IMG/VR virus record: IMGVR_UViG_3300009104_000024
Span: 1-59,728 of that record
DNA length: 59,728 nucleotides
DNA from: a virus
Taxonomy: Duplodnaviria; Caudoviricetes
Reading direction: 5' to 3' (one strand)
The stretch's first letter is position 1. The number at the start of each line of letters is the position of its first letter. The notes under the pieces are model-generated. The model saw only the letters and a list, made by a program, of their open reading frames with translations. It did no database searches and had not been told where the DNA came from. Positions 9,849 to 19,338 of the stretch are shown here, piece after piece. The position numbers and the translations under genes were made by a program.

Positions 9849-10546
9849 TGGCTACAAGTGGAACTACATCATTTACCTTAGATATAAGCGATATAATGGA
9901 AGAAGCTTATGATCTTTGTGGTCTAGAATTACGTTCTGGCTATAGTTATCGTGGTGCTAAGAGAGCATTAAATCTTGTTTTTCTAGAATGGCAGAATAAA
10001 GGATTAAATCTTTGGACTATAGAGCAAGGAACAGCAACAATGACTGCTGGTACAAGTAGTTATACAGCAGATTCAAGTGCTTTAGATATAGTTGATGTTT
10101 TCGTCAGAACTGATGCTGGCAATACAAGCAAACAGTTTGATCAAAGGTTAAATCGTATTTCTAGAACTGAATATAATCATCAGGCTAATAAGTTAGTGCA
10201 AGCTAAACCAACACAATTTTATGTAGATAAGGATAATGATGCAGTCAAAATAGTGGTTTGGTCTGTTCCAGATGCAGCAGATACTTATACGTTAGTTTAC
10301 GATTACGTTAAAAAAATAGAAGATGTTGGAACTATTGCTAGCAATAATGCTGATGTGCCAACAAGATATCTTCCTTGTTTAACATATGCTTTGGCATATA
10401 ACATTGCTTGTAAATCACCTGAAGCACAGAATAGAATCCCTATGATAAAACAAAGATATGATGAGCTTTGGAGAGATGTAAGTGATGCTGATAGAGAAAA
10501 AGCAGCAGTTAGATTTGTTCCTGATTTATCTATAAGTGGTTATTAA
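9848..10546 (+). CDS. Head-tail adaptor / neck protein
   Basis: Size, position and RALNLVFLEWQNKGLNLWT motif typical of podovirus adaptors. Confidence 0.65.
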   Translation: MATSGTTSFTLDISDIMEEAYDLCGLELRSGYSYRGAKRALNLVFLEWQNKGLNLWTIEQGTATMTAGTSSYTADSSALDIVDVFVRTDAGNTSKQFDQRLNRISRTEYNHQANKLVQAKPTQFYVDKDNDAVKIVVWSVPDAADTYTLVYDYVKKIEDVGTIASNNADVPTRYLPCLTYALAYNIACKSPEAQNRIPMIKQRYDELWRDVSDADREKAAVRFVPDLSISGY

Positions 10547-10887
10547 TGGCATACGCAAAAGCAAGCAAGGCATTAGGGCAATGTGATCGTTGTGGGTTTT
10601 CTTATAAACTCAATACTTTGCAGTATCAAATAGAAGATAGTAAAAGAAATGGATTACGAGTTTGTTATGATTGTTTAGATGAAGACCAACCTCAATTAAA
10701 ATTAGGTGAAGTAGACACATCTGATCCACAAAATTTATACAACGCAAGAGTGGATACAGGTAAGGCAAGTTCTACAACATATGCTGCTTTTGACCCTATT
10801 GGAGGAGGTGTTACTGAATTTGGTTCTTCAACAATGGGTTTAGATATTAAAGGCGAAGTTGGTAAATTAACAGTGAGTACAGAATGA
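10546..10887 (+). CDS. Hypothetical protein with CxxC..CxxC zinc motif
   Basis: CDRC and CYDC; translationally coupled. Confidence 0.7.
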   Translation: MAYAKASKALGQCDRCGFSYKLNTLQYQIEDSKRNGLRVCYDCLDEDQPQLKLGEVDTSDPQNLYNARVDTGKASSTTYAAFDPIGGGVTEFGSSTMGLDIKGEVGKLTVSTE

Positions 10888-11528
10888 GTTGGACATACAC
10901 GACATTAAAATCGGCTATACAAGATTATACGCAAAATACTGAATCAACTTTTGTAGCTGATTTAGGAACTATTATTAAACAGGCAGAAGATAGAATAGTT
11001 AAATCTGTCGAATTGCCTAATTTTAGAAAAAATGTAACTGGTTCATTAACAAGTGGCAATCAGTATTTATCAACACCATCTGATTATTTATATCCTTTTT
11101 CTTTAGCAGTCTTAGATAGCGATAGTGCATACACTTATCTTTTGAGCACAGACGTAAGTTTTATAAGAGAAGCATATCCATCAGCTTCTTCTACAGGAGT
11201 GCCAAAACACTATGCACAGTTTGACGATAATACTTTTATTGTTGGACCTACACCTAATGCAAATTTAACTGCTGAATTGCACTATTATTATATTCCACAA
11301 TCAATAACAGAATCATCTGACGGCACTAGCTGGTTAGGAACAAATGCTCCAGAATTATTATTATACGGAAGTTTATTAGAAGCTTATACATTTATGAAAG
11401 GTGAGCCTGACATAATGGTCAATTATGAAAAAAGATTCCAGGAAGCATTACAAAGACTTACTTTATTATCTGATGGATATAATAGAAAAGATGCTTATAG
11501 GGATGGTCAAAGAAAACTAGATGTCTAA
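10884..11528 (+). CDS. Putative adaptor / tail tubular protein
   Basis: Position; adaptor-like motifs (GVPKHYA, PELLLYGSL). Confidence 0.6.
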   Translation: MSWTYTTLKSAIQDYTQNTESTFVADLGTIIKQAEDRIVKSVELPNFRKNVTGSLTSGNQYLSTPSDYLYPFSLAVLDSDSAYTYLLSTDVSFIREAYPSASSTGVPKHYAQFDDNTFIVGPTPNANLTAELHYYYIPQSITESSDGTSWLGTNAPELLLYGSLLEAYTFMKGEPDIMVNYEKRFQEALQRLTLLSDGYNRKDAYRDGQRKLDV

Positions 11529-12258
11529 TGATTCCATAACAACGCTAGAAGGCAAAAATATTGCAATTGTAGCTATGGGTCAAAGTCAAATAGATTTTCA
11601 TCTTTCACAGACACATAGCGTTGAATTTGACGAAGTTTGGGCTATTAATGCAATGATAGGAGTTCTACCTAATATAGACAGGGCTTTTATATTAGACCCA
11701 ATGAGTAGATTTTTAGACACAGAAGATGCTGGCACAATGACTTCAATGATGAGAAATAAACTGCCATTAGTTGATTATCCTATTTATTCTTGTGAATTAG
11801 ATGAAAGAGTACCTGCTGTGGAAGAATATCCTTTAAAACAAATAATTAAATATTCTAGAAGTGCTTACTTAAATAATACAGTAGCTTATGCAATAGCTTA
11901 TGCTTTATGGAGTAAAGTAAAACAAATATCTATTTTTGGTGTAGATTTTACTTATCAAACTAATATGCACTTTGCAGAAGCTGGAAGAGGATGTGTAGAA
12001 TTTTGGATCGGAAAATGTATTAATCAAGGTATAAAAGTGGGGATAGCACCACGATCATCTCTTTTAGATACAGATGTAGACACAAAAAATAAACTATATG
12101 GATATCATAGACTGAATAATCCACAAGTTACTTTCCAAGATAATTATGGCAATATAAATGTTTGTAAATGGTCTGATATGCAACAAACTGAAATAAAAAA
12201 ACCAATAGGTATAATAGGTAGAGAAGATTTAAAACCAGTAGAGCCAAAGGAATATTAA
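11521..12258 (+). CDS. Rossmann-like enzyme, possibly glycosyltransferase-like
   Basis: IAIVAMGQS, VWAIN, ISIFGVDF motifs; function inferred. Confidence 0.5.
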   Translation: MSNDSITTLEGKNIAIVAMGQSQIDFHLSQTHSVEFDEVWAINAMIGVLPNIDRAFILDPMSRFLDTEDAGTMTSMMRNKLPLVDYPIYSCELDERVPAVEEYPLKQIIKYSRSAYLNNTVAYAIAYALWSKVKQISIFGVDFTYQTNMHFAEAGRGCVEFWIGKCINQGIKVGIAPRSSLLDTDVDTKNKLYGYHRLNNPQVTFQDNYGNINVCKWSDMQQTEIKKPIGIIGREDLKPVEPKEY

Positions 12259-12548
12259 TGCAAACAGATAAATTTGAATTATCAATAGGTGATTTAGGAG
12301 TAACTACTACTCATAATAGAGGTCATTCTGTTGAAGAATTAGCTGAAATGGCTACAAATAAACTAATTTCTATAAGTGATGACGCTGATCCTATGGTAAA
12401 AGCACAGGCTCACGCATTTAGAGATAGATGTAAATGGATCATTCAATTCTATGTAAATGAAGGAATAAAAAACCACATTTGCACAGTATGTAATGAATTA
12501 GAAAAACAAGGTCATAAAGACCTATCAAATATAATAAGGAGACTATAA
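12258..12548 (+). CDS. Hypothetical protein
   Basis: Coupled ORF with AAGGA RBS. Confidence 0.7.
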   Translation: MQTDKFELSIGDLGVTTTHNRGHSVEELAEMATNKLISISDDADPMVKAQAHAFRDRCKWIIQFYVNEGIKNHICTVCNELEKQGHKDLSNIIRRL

Positions 12549-12979
12549 TGGCAATTACACAAGCAATGTGTACTTCTTTTAAAAGTGAACTTTTACAGGC
12601 AGTACATAATTTTAAAGCTTCTGGAGGTAACTCTTTTAAGCTGGCTTTATACACAAGTTCTGCAACTATGACTGCAGCTACTACAGCGTATAGCACAAAC
12701 CAAGAAGCATCAGGAACAAACTATACTGCGGGTGGAGCGGCATTAACAAATGTTAATCCAACTACTTCTGGAACTACTGCGTTTACAGATTTTTCTGATT
12801 TGACTTTTGGTACAGCTACCATCACTGCTAGAGGTTGTATGATTTACAACGATACAGCATCTGGTGATCCAGCAGTAGCAGTATTTGATTTTGGTGCAGA
12901 TAAAACATCTACAGCAGGATCATTTACTATTACTTTTCCTACTGCTGATGCTTCAAACGCTGTTATTAGAATAGCTTAA
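12548..12979 (+). CDS. Virion/tail structural protein
   Basis: AAGGAG RBS; Ala/Thr-rich beta protein before fibre genes. Confidence 0.65.
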   Translation: MAITQAMCTSFKSELLQAVHNFKASGGNSFKLALYTSSATMTAATTAYSTNQEASGTNYTAGGAALTNVNPTTSGTTAFTDFSDLTFGTATITARGCMIYNDTASGDPAVAVFDFGADKTSTAGSFTITFPTADASNAVIRIA

Positions 12980-12991
12980 AGGAATTAGCCA

Positions 12992-13654
12992 ATGGCTAAT
13001 ATAACAGGCTGGGGTCGAGGCACTTGGGGTCAACTTACATGGGGTGAACCCATCCCCGTTGAACTCACGGGTCTTGCAGGAACTTCAGCATTAGGGTCTT
13101 TAGCAATAACGGCAGATGCTAATGTAGCAGAGACAGGGGTTGCAGCAACTGGAGCTTTAGGTACTGAAACTGTAACAGGTATTGCTAATGTTTTTCCTAC
13201 TACTGTAGTAGGAACTACTGCATTAGGCTCAGAAACAGTTAGTGGAGATGCTAATGTAGCAGAGACAGGATTAGCAGGAACAGGAGCTGTTGGAACTATA
13301 CTAGCTGCTGGTTTTGCAATTACTGGTGTTAGTGGTACTGCGTCTACTGTTGGACTTGGCGATGAAACTGTAACAGGTGATGCTAATGTTTATCCTACAA
13401 ATGTAGTAGGAACAACAGCTTTAGGTAGCATAAGCTTAGTAACTGTAAATATAATTGCAGTTACACTAGGAGCAGCAACAGGATCAGTAGGAAGCCTTAG
13501 TATAACAGCTCACGCAAATATCTATCCCACAGGAGTAGAAGGTATAGGTAGAATTACTAATCTTTTAGTTTGGGGTTTAATAGATGATTCACAAACACCA
13601 AACTATTCAACAATTTCTACAACTCAATCTCCTGATTGGAGCGAAGTGGCATAA
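12992..13654 (+). CDS. Tail-associated protein with Gly/Thr/Val repeats
   Basis: Recurring GTTALGSETVxGDANV-type units. Confidence 0.65.
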   Translation: MANITGWGRGTWGQLTWGEPIPVELTGLAGTSALGSLAITADANVAETGVAATGALGTETVTGIANVFPTTVVGTTALGSETVSGDANVAETGLAGTGAVGTILAAGFAITGVSGTASTVGLGDETVTGDANVYPTNVVGTTALGSISLVTVNIIAVTLGAATGSVGSLSITAHANIYPTGVEGIGRITNLLVWGLIDDSQTPNYSTISTTQSPDWSEVA

Positions 13655-13685
13655 TAATATATAATTTTTTACAAGAGGAAAATAA

Positions 13686-15830
13686 ATGGCAAGTACATAC
13701 GTTAATGATCTAAGACTCAATGAAATGGCGACAGGTGATGCGTCAGGAACTTGGGGTACGACTACAAATACAAACTTAGAATTAATCGCAGAAGCTTTTA
13801 GTTATGGCACAGAAGCTATAACTACAAACGCTGACACACACACAACCACAATAGCAGATGGAGCAACTGATCCTGGTAGGTCTATGTTCCTTAAATACAC
13901 AGGTGCATTAGATTCTGCCTGTACTGTTACTATTGGACCTAATACAGTTTCAAAGATGTGGTTTATAGAAAACGCTACTACAGGTTCACAAAACTTAGTT
14001 ATTAGTCAAGGCACAGGTGCAAACATAACCATACCTGCTGGCGATACTAAAATTATTTATGCTGATGGTGCAGGTGCTGGTGGTGCTATGGTAGATGCAC
14101 TAGCTAGTATTTCTGCTGTTGATTTAAAAGTACAAGACGATTTAACAGTTACAGATGATGTAACTATAGGTGGTGATATAGACGTAGATGGCACAACTAA
14201 CCTAGATGTCGTAGATATAGACGGAGCTGTAGATATGGCTTCAACGCTAACATTAGCAGGAAATGCTGATTTTAACGGAGATTTAGATGTTGATGGCACT
14301 AGCAATTTAGATGTTGTTGATATTGACGGAGCTGTTGATATGGCTTCTACCTTAACCCTAGCTGGTAATGCAGACTTCAACGGAGATTTAGACGTAGACG
14401 GCACTAGCAATCTAGACGTTGTTGACATTGATGGTGCTGTGGATATGGCTTCTACATTAGCAGTAACAGGTATAGTTACACTAACTGACGACCTTATTAT
14501 TGGTGATGGCAAAACTATTGGCTCTGCATCAGATGTAGATGCTATGACTATTGCTTCTAATGGACAAGTAACATTTACACAAACACTTATTGGTACTGCT
14601 TTAGATATTTCAGGTGATGTAGATGTTGATGGAACACTAGAAACAGACAATTTAACAATCGGTAGTGCACAAGGTAGTGATGGACAAGTATTAACTTCAA
14701 CAGGAAGTGGGGTAGGTTGGGAAGACGCTGCTAGTGGTGGTGTGTCAGGACTAACAGGTTTAGTAGAAAATAATTCAATCTGGCTTGGTGATGACCCGTC
14801 AAGCACAACAGATACAGCTAGTTATAATGTAGCCCTCGGCACAACGGCTTTAGATGCTATAACGACTGCTGATAATTGCACAGCTATTGGTTATGCTGCT
14901 TTAGGAGCAAACACCACGGGGGCAGATAACGTAGCCGTTGGCTCAAGTGCTTTGTCAGCAGCAACTACAAGAGTAAATCTGACTGCTGTTGGTTTTGAAG
15001 CAGGTAAAGTAACCGAAGGTGCTTATGCTGGTAATAGTGTGTTTGTTGGTTATCAAGCTGGTGCAGCAGTAACAAACGCAGGAAACCTTATTTGTATAGG
15101 TTCAGGTGCTGCTGATACCGAAACAACAGGAAATGACTCTATATATATTGGCAAGGTCAGCAATGGTGGTAATAGTGCTTCAAATTCACAAAATACAGCA
15201 CTCGGTAATGAAACAATGGCAGCAGCCTCCGCAGGATATGGAAATACTGCAATCGGTTTCCAAGCTTTGAACGACCATACTTCTGGCATAAGCAATACTT
15301 GTGTAGGAAGAGAAGCGGGAGATAAAATAACCAGTGGTGGTAATAATGTTTGTATTGGTTATGACGCAGGGTCTGATGCTATGGAGAGCATAACAACTGA
15401 CAGTAATAATGTAATTATTGGTAATAACAGCATAAATAATGCAGAAGTAAAAGTAGACTGGACTGTAGGTTCTGATGAAAGAGATAAAACAGATATAGAA
15501 AATTTACCTAATAATGCAGGTTTAAATTTTGTTAATCAACTAAGACCAGTTACTTATGTTTGGGATAATAGAAGTAATTATTATAAACCTACAGATGAAA
15601 ACTTTGGCGAAAGAGACCACTCTAAAAAATCAACTACAAAACAAGTAGGTTTTATAGCCCAAGAAGTTAAAGCTATAGAAGAATCAATAGGCTGGACAGA
15701 TGACCATATTGTTAATACAAGCAATGAACAATCTTATAAATTAATGTATAGCCAAGTAATACCTATGCTAACTAAAGCAATACAAGAACTTTCAGCGAAA
15801 GTTGAAGAATTAGAAAATAAAGGAGAATAA
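13686..15830 (+). CDS. Tail fibre with C-terminal intramolecular chaperone (peptidase S74-like)
   Basis: NTAIG-type beta repeats; SDERDKTDI...LRPVTY...GFIAQEV...C-terminal coiled coil. Confidence 0.88.
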   Translation: MASTYVNDLRLNEMATGDASGTWGTTTNTNLELIAEAFSYGTEAITTNADTHTTTIADGATDPGRSMFLKYTGALDSACTVTIGPNTVSKMWFIENATTGSQNLVISQGTGANITIPAGDTKIIYADGAGAGGAMVDALASISAVDLKVQDDLTVTDDVTIGGDIDVDGTTNLDVVDIDGAVDMASTLTLAGNADFNGDLDVDGTSNLDVVDIDGAVDMASTLTLAGNADFNGDLDVDGTSNLDVVDIDGAVDMASTLAVTGIVTLTDDLIIGDGKTIGSASDVDAMTIASNGQVTFTQTLIGTALDISGDVDVDGTLETDNLTIGSAQGSDGQVLTSTGSGVGWEDAASGGVSGLTGLVENNSIWLGDDPSSTTDTASYNVALGTTALDAITTADNCTAIGYAALGANTTGADNVAVGSSALSAATTRVNLTAVGFEAGKVTEGAYAGNSVFVGYQAGAAVTNAGNLICIGSGAADTETTGNDSIYIGKVSNGGNSASNSQNTALGNETMAAASAGYGNTAIGFQALNDHTSGISNTCVGREAGDKITSGGNNVCIGYDAGSDAMESITTDSNNVIIGNNSINNAEVKVDWTVGSDERDKTDIENLPNNAGLNFVNQLRPVTYVWDNRSNYYKPTDENFGERDHSKKSTTKQVGFIAQEVKAIEESIGWTDDHIVNTSNEQSYKLMYSQVIPMLTKAIQELSAKVEELENKGE
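14172..14459 (+). repeat. 105-bp (35-aa) tandem repeat in tail fibre, about 2.7 copies
   Basis: GDLDVDGTSNLDVVDIDGAVDMASTLTLAGNADFN units start at 14172, 14277, 14382. Confidence 0.9.
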
Positions 15831-15831
15831 T

Positions 15832-16101
15832 ATGTCAGCAGAATTTCCACTATCAAAATGGTATGCGTTAGCCGATGATTGTGCAGCTTTAATTAATGGT
15901 GTAGTAGCTGGAACTTGGGATATGTCTCAATGTGCTAGTGGACAAACACAAGCTGATTATACGGATTATGTAAAAAGAACAACTGATTCATTGGGGCAAA
16001 TACTTAAGAAGCCTGAAGTAGTGGCTGATAGTTCAACAGATAAATCATCTTACATAACAACTATTGCTGCTGGCGATAACTATGTAGAAACTCATTCATA
16101 A
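15832..16101 (+). CDS. Hypothetical protein (fibre-associated)
   Basis: AAGGAG RBS, directly after fibre. Confidence 0.7.
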   Translation: MSAEFPLSKWYALADDCAALINGVVAGTWDMSQCASGQTQADYTDYVKRTTDSLGQILKKPEVVADSSTDKSSYITTIAAGDNYVETHS

Positions 16102-16114
16102 CAAGGAGAAAAAT

Positions 16115-16270
16115 ATGGCAGTAACTAAAACATTAACTAACGCTATTTCTTTTGAAAAGGATAGTAAAGTTGAAAAGTGGGATGTTGTGTTTGCTAGTCA
16201 AGTAGATTCAGTTATTACAAATCCGCCAACAGTAAGCACAGCAGACGCAGATTTTAACGTACCTAGTTAA
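16115..16270 (+). CDS. Small hypothetical protein (51 aa, not in ORF track)
   Basis: AAGGAG RBS; MAVTKTLTNAISFEKD...FNVPS*; TAATG overlap with next gene. Confidence 0.7.
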   Translation: MAVTKTLTNAISFEKDSKVEKWDVVFASQVDSVITNPPTVSTADADFNVPS

Positions 16271-17001
16271 TGGCTGAAGTAACAGTACATAATATGCCTA
16301 GTGTTTTTGTCATGGAGACACAAATGCCAGAAGGTATGGTTGAGGATTTGAATGATTATCTTGATGAATACGTTGAAGATGAAAATAAAAAATCTTTAGC
16401 AGATACTTTGGTTGGGCAAATAACACAAGGCGAACAGTTATTGATGGATAATAATGAACCTAGATTAAAAGAATACAATCAACTTATAAGTTCGCTAGGA
16501 GCAGATTATATAAACTTCTTTTCACAACAAACGGGCACAAGGTTAAAAGCACCTAAAGCAGTAGCTATAGATGAAACTTGGTCAGTACACAGCTATGAAG
16601 GCGACTACAATCCTATACACGATCACGGCACTAAAACCATTATGGGTATATCCACTACTGCTTGGACCAAAGTACCACAACAAATACTAGATCAACCGAC
16701 TGCTGCATCAGGTAATTATTCTTTATACAAAGCATCTGGTGATTGTGATGGTTACATAGCTTTTAATTATGGTTTGAATCAATTAATGGACACAGATAGA
16801 CTGCGACCACCGCAGTCTTTTGTAATGCAACCACAAGTAGGGAAGTTGTTGGTTTTTCCTTCTTGGTTGCAACACATGGTATATCCTTTTAAGGGAGAGG
16901 GCGAAAGAAGAACTGTTGCTTCCAACCTTAATTGTTGGGATATGCAAGAACAACCAACAGAAACAGAAACAGAAGGAGAAGAAAATGGAAATGATAGTTA
17001 A
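16270..17001 (+). CDS. 2OG-Fe(II) oxygenase superfamily protein
   Basis: YNPIHDH, LLVFPSWLQHMV and RRTVASN motifs. Confidence 0.85.
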   Translation: MAEVTVHNMPSVFVMETQMPEGMVEDLNDYLDEYVEDENKKSLADTLVGQITQGEQLLMDNNEPRLKEYNQLISSLGADYINFFSQQTGTRLKAPKAVAIDETWSVHSYEGDYNPIHDHGTKTIMGISTTAWTKVPQQILDQPTAASGNYSLYKASGDCDGYIAFNYGLNQLMDTDRLRPPQSFVMQPQVGKLLVFPSWLQHMVYPFKGEGERRTVASNLNCWDMQEQPTETETEGEENGNDS

Positions 17002-17161
17002 TGCAATAACTGGGATAACCATAATTGTAACTGTTGCTAGTTTAATAGCAGCTTCAACACCAACACCTGTCGATGATAAATGGATTGGTAAATTGTATAA
17101 ATTACTAGATTTGCTAGCATTAAATATTGGTAAAGCTAAAGATAAAGCAATTAAAAAATAA
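16985..17161 (+). CDS. Small membrane protein, possible holin
   Basis: AAGGAG RBS before ATG 16985; hydrophobic helix then TPTPVDD, basic tail. Confidence 0.55.
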   Translation: MEMIVNAITGITIIVTVASLIAASTPTPVDDKWIGKLYKLLDLLALNIGKAKDKAIKK

Positions 17162-17344
17162 ATGGCAACTGCAAAAGATGCTCTTAATGCCATAGAATCA
17201 CATGAAAGAGAATGTAAACTCTTATATAAGAGTATTGATGCCAGGTTAGAAGCTGGTTCAAAAAGGTTTGACAAGCTAGAAGTAATGCTTTGGGCTGTTT
17301 ATCCTTTTATCGTAGCATCAGTTGTAGTTGCTAAATTTATATAA
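17162..17344 (+). CDS. Small coiled-coil protein with C-terminal transmembrane helix
   Basis: HERECKLLY...MLWAVYPFIVASVVV. Confidence 0.65.
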   Translation: MATAKDALNAIESHERECKLLYKSIDARLEAGSKRFDKLEVMLWAVYPFIVASVVVAKFI

Positions 17345-17375
17345 ATAAGTCAAAAATAACAAAAGGATATAGTTA

Positions 17376-17795
17376 ATGTATGAGTATGCTTGTAAAGTTG
17401 AAAGAGTTGTCGATGGTGACACTGTGGATGTTGTATTGGACCTTGGGTTTGATATTCTTCATAAGTGTCGTGTTCGTTTATATGGTATTGATACTCCCGA
17501 ATCACGCACTCGTAACTTGGATGAGAAAGCTAGAGGAAAAATGGCTGGAGCTTTCTTAAAAGATGCTATAGATACAGGAAAAAAGGTAGTAATCCAAACT
17601 AAGCTAAAAGATTCTAGAGGTAAATTTGGTAGAGTTTTAGGTAATATAATTGTAGATGGAAAAAATATTAACCAGTCAATGATAGACAACTATCACGCTG
17701 CTGCTTACTTTGGACAAAGTAAAGAAGCAATTGAAGCAGTGCATGATTCAAATAGAACAAGACTTATAGAGTTAGGATTATTTAAACCTGTTTAA
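17376..17795 (+). CDS. Thermonuclease (SNase) family nuclease
   Basis: VVDGDTV, VRLYGIDTPE, GKFGRVLG. Confidence 0.9.
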   Translation: MYEYACKVERVVDGDTVDVVLDLGFDILHKCRVRLYGIDTPESRTRNLDEKARGKMAGAFLKDAIDTGKKVVIQTKLKDSRGKFGRVLGNIIVDGKNINQSMIDNYHAAAYFGQSKEAIEAVHDSNRTRLIELGLFKPV

Positions 17796-17809
17796 TTTGG
17801 GAAATATAT

Positions 17810-18199
17810 ATGAATGACAGTTCAGGCAGATTTGGTGGAGACATGGATAGAAATGAGGTCGAAATTGATCTCAATAAATTTATGGAATTATTACAAGAAC
17901 AATCCAGATTAAAGGATAGAATAAGAGAGTTAGAAGATGAAGGAACTAAAAACCCTCATCAAAAATGGATATTTTTAGCACAAGCAGTAGATTCATGGAG
18001 AATATTTCCAAGAGCATTTTTAACAGTGTATATCTTCTTGCTTTATTACACTGTCATGTGGTTTATGGAATTGGAAGCACCTAGTTTTGAACAATCAGGT
18101 TTAATCTCTATTGTCGTGGGTGCAGGTGCAGCTTGGTTTGGTCTTTATGCAGGAACTTCAGGTTCATCTAAAAGTTTTAAAGGTGAAAAAGATAAATAA
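17810..18199 (+). CDS. Membrane protein with two TM helices
   Basis: DSWRIFPRAFLTVYIFLLY and LISIVVGAGAAWFGLY. Confidence 0.7.
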   Translation: MNDSSGRFGGDMDRNEVEIDLNKFMELLQEQSRLKDRIRELEDEGTKNPHQKWIFLAQAVDSWRIFPRAFLTVYIFLLYYTVMWFMELEAPSFEQSGLISIVVGAGAAWFGLYAGTSGSSKSFKGEKDK

Positions 18200-19338
18200 T
18201 GAAAAAGGATATTTACAAATTAATTCTTTTTGGATTAGTGTTTTTTAATGTTAATCTTTACGCTGATGCACCAGATCAGACTGGAACAGGATGTGCTAAT
18301 GGTACGCAATATTGTGAAAATAATAATTTAAATACCACAAATACTACGACTACAAATAATACAAACTCGAACACAAACACAAACACAAACACAAACTCGA
18401 ACACAAACACAAACACAAACACAAACACTACGACTGCAACAAATACTAATACTTCGACTTCAACTGCAACTAACTCGAACACAAACGTAAATACTTCGAC
18501 AGCTACGAATACAAATGTAAATACAACAACAGCTAATTCAACAGCTACAACAAGTAATACAAACGCAAACACTAATGTTAATACTTCGACATCAACATCT
18601 GAATCGACAGTAAATTCAACAGTAAATCAAACTGTTAATAACACTAGCACTACTGATAATACAAATACGAATGTAAACACTTCAACATCTACAAGTAACA
18701 ACACAAACGTAAACAAGAACGAAAGTAAGTCTGAATCAAACGTACAAACAAACAACGTAAACGAAAACAACAATAACACTAAATCAGACAATACAAATAG
18801 AAATATAAATGAGTCAAATTCAACTCAAACTATTAACCAAAATATTAAAACCGAAGCACCACCAGCTTCTGCTATCGCACCAAGTATCATGTCTTATTCA
18901 CAAGACCTTTGTACTGTTGGCAGATCAGGAGCATTTCAAGGACAAGTCTTTGGTATATCTGGCGGAAGAACAGTTACAGACGAAAATTGCGAAAGATTAA
19001 AATTAAGTAAATATATCTATGATATGGGTATGAAAGTTGCAGCAGTTTCTGTACTTTGCCAAGATACTAGGGTGTTCCAAGCAATGGAAATGGCAGGCAC
19101 TCCATGTCCTTATATGGGAAAAATAGGTAAAGAAGCTTCCGAAGGTTGGAAAAATAATCCTTCACAAAGACCTGATGCAAAAGAATATAAAGCTAATTGG
19201 ATAAAAAACTGTAAAAAAGGGTTAAACCCCAACGATACAGGATATAACAAAGATGTTGTAAGTGGTGTAAGAAAGGTTTTTACTAAGAAGAAAAAATCCA
19301 CCAAACAGTGTAAAAAAGAATGGAACAATGCCACATAA
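18199..19338 (+). CDS. Secreted Asn/Thr-rich protein with Cys-containing C-terminal domain
   Basis: Signal-peptide-like N-terminus, long N/T low-complexity tract, Cys-rich C-terminal part. Confidence 0.75.
   Translation: MKKDIYKLILFGLVFFNVNLYADAPDQTGTGCANGTQYCENNNLNTTNTTTTNNTNSNTNTNTNTNSNTNTNTNTNTTTATNTNTSTSTATNSNTNVNTSTATNTNVNTTTANSTATTSNTNANTNVNTSTSTSESTVNSTVNQTVNNTSTTDNTNTNVNTSTSTSNNTNVNKNESKSESNVQTNNVNENNNNTKSDNTNRNINESNSTQTINQNIKTEAPPASAIAPSIMSYSQDLCTVGRSGAFQGQVFGISGGRTVTDENCERLKLSKYIYDMGMKVAAVSVLCQDTRVFQAMEMAGTPCPYMGKIGKEASEGWKNNPSQRPDAKEYKANWIKNCKKGLNPNDTGYNKDVVSGVRKVFTKKKKSTKQCKKEWNNAT
18361..18428 (+). repeat. (ACAAAC)n coding microsatellite
   Basis: Hexamer array with 30-bp higher-order duplication encoding NTNTNT. 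Confidence 0.9.

Noticed and set aside
14057-14806. 249-aa antisense ORF and similar shadow ORFs (e.g. 34654-35313, 16783-17274, 18276-18572)
   Set aside because: Opposite well-supported genes, no RBS; explained by codon bias and repeats
13686-15830. Diversity-generating retroelement or invertible fibre cassette
   Set aside because: Repeats are tandem coding units with synonymous changes; no reverse transcriptase or invertase recognised
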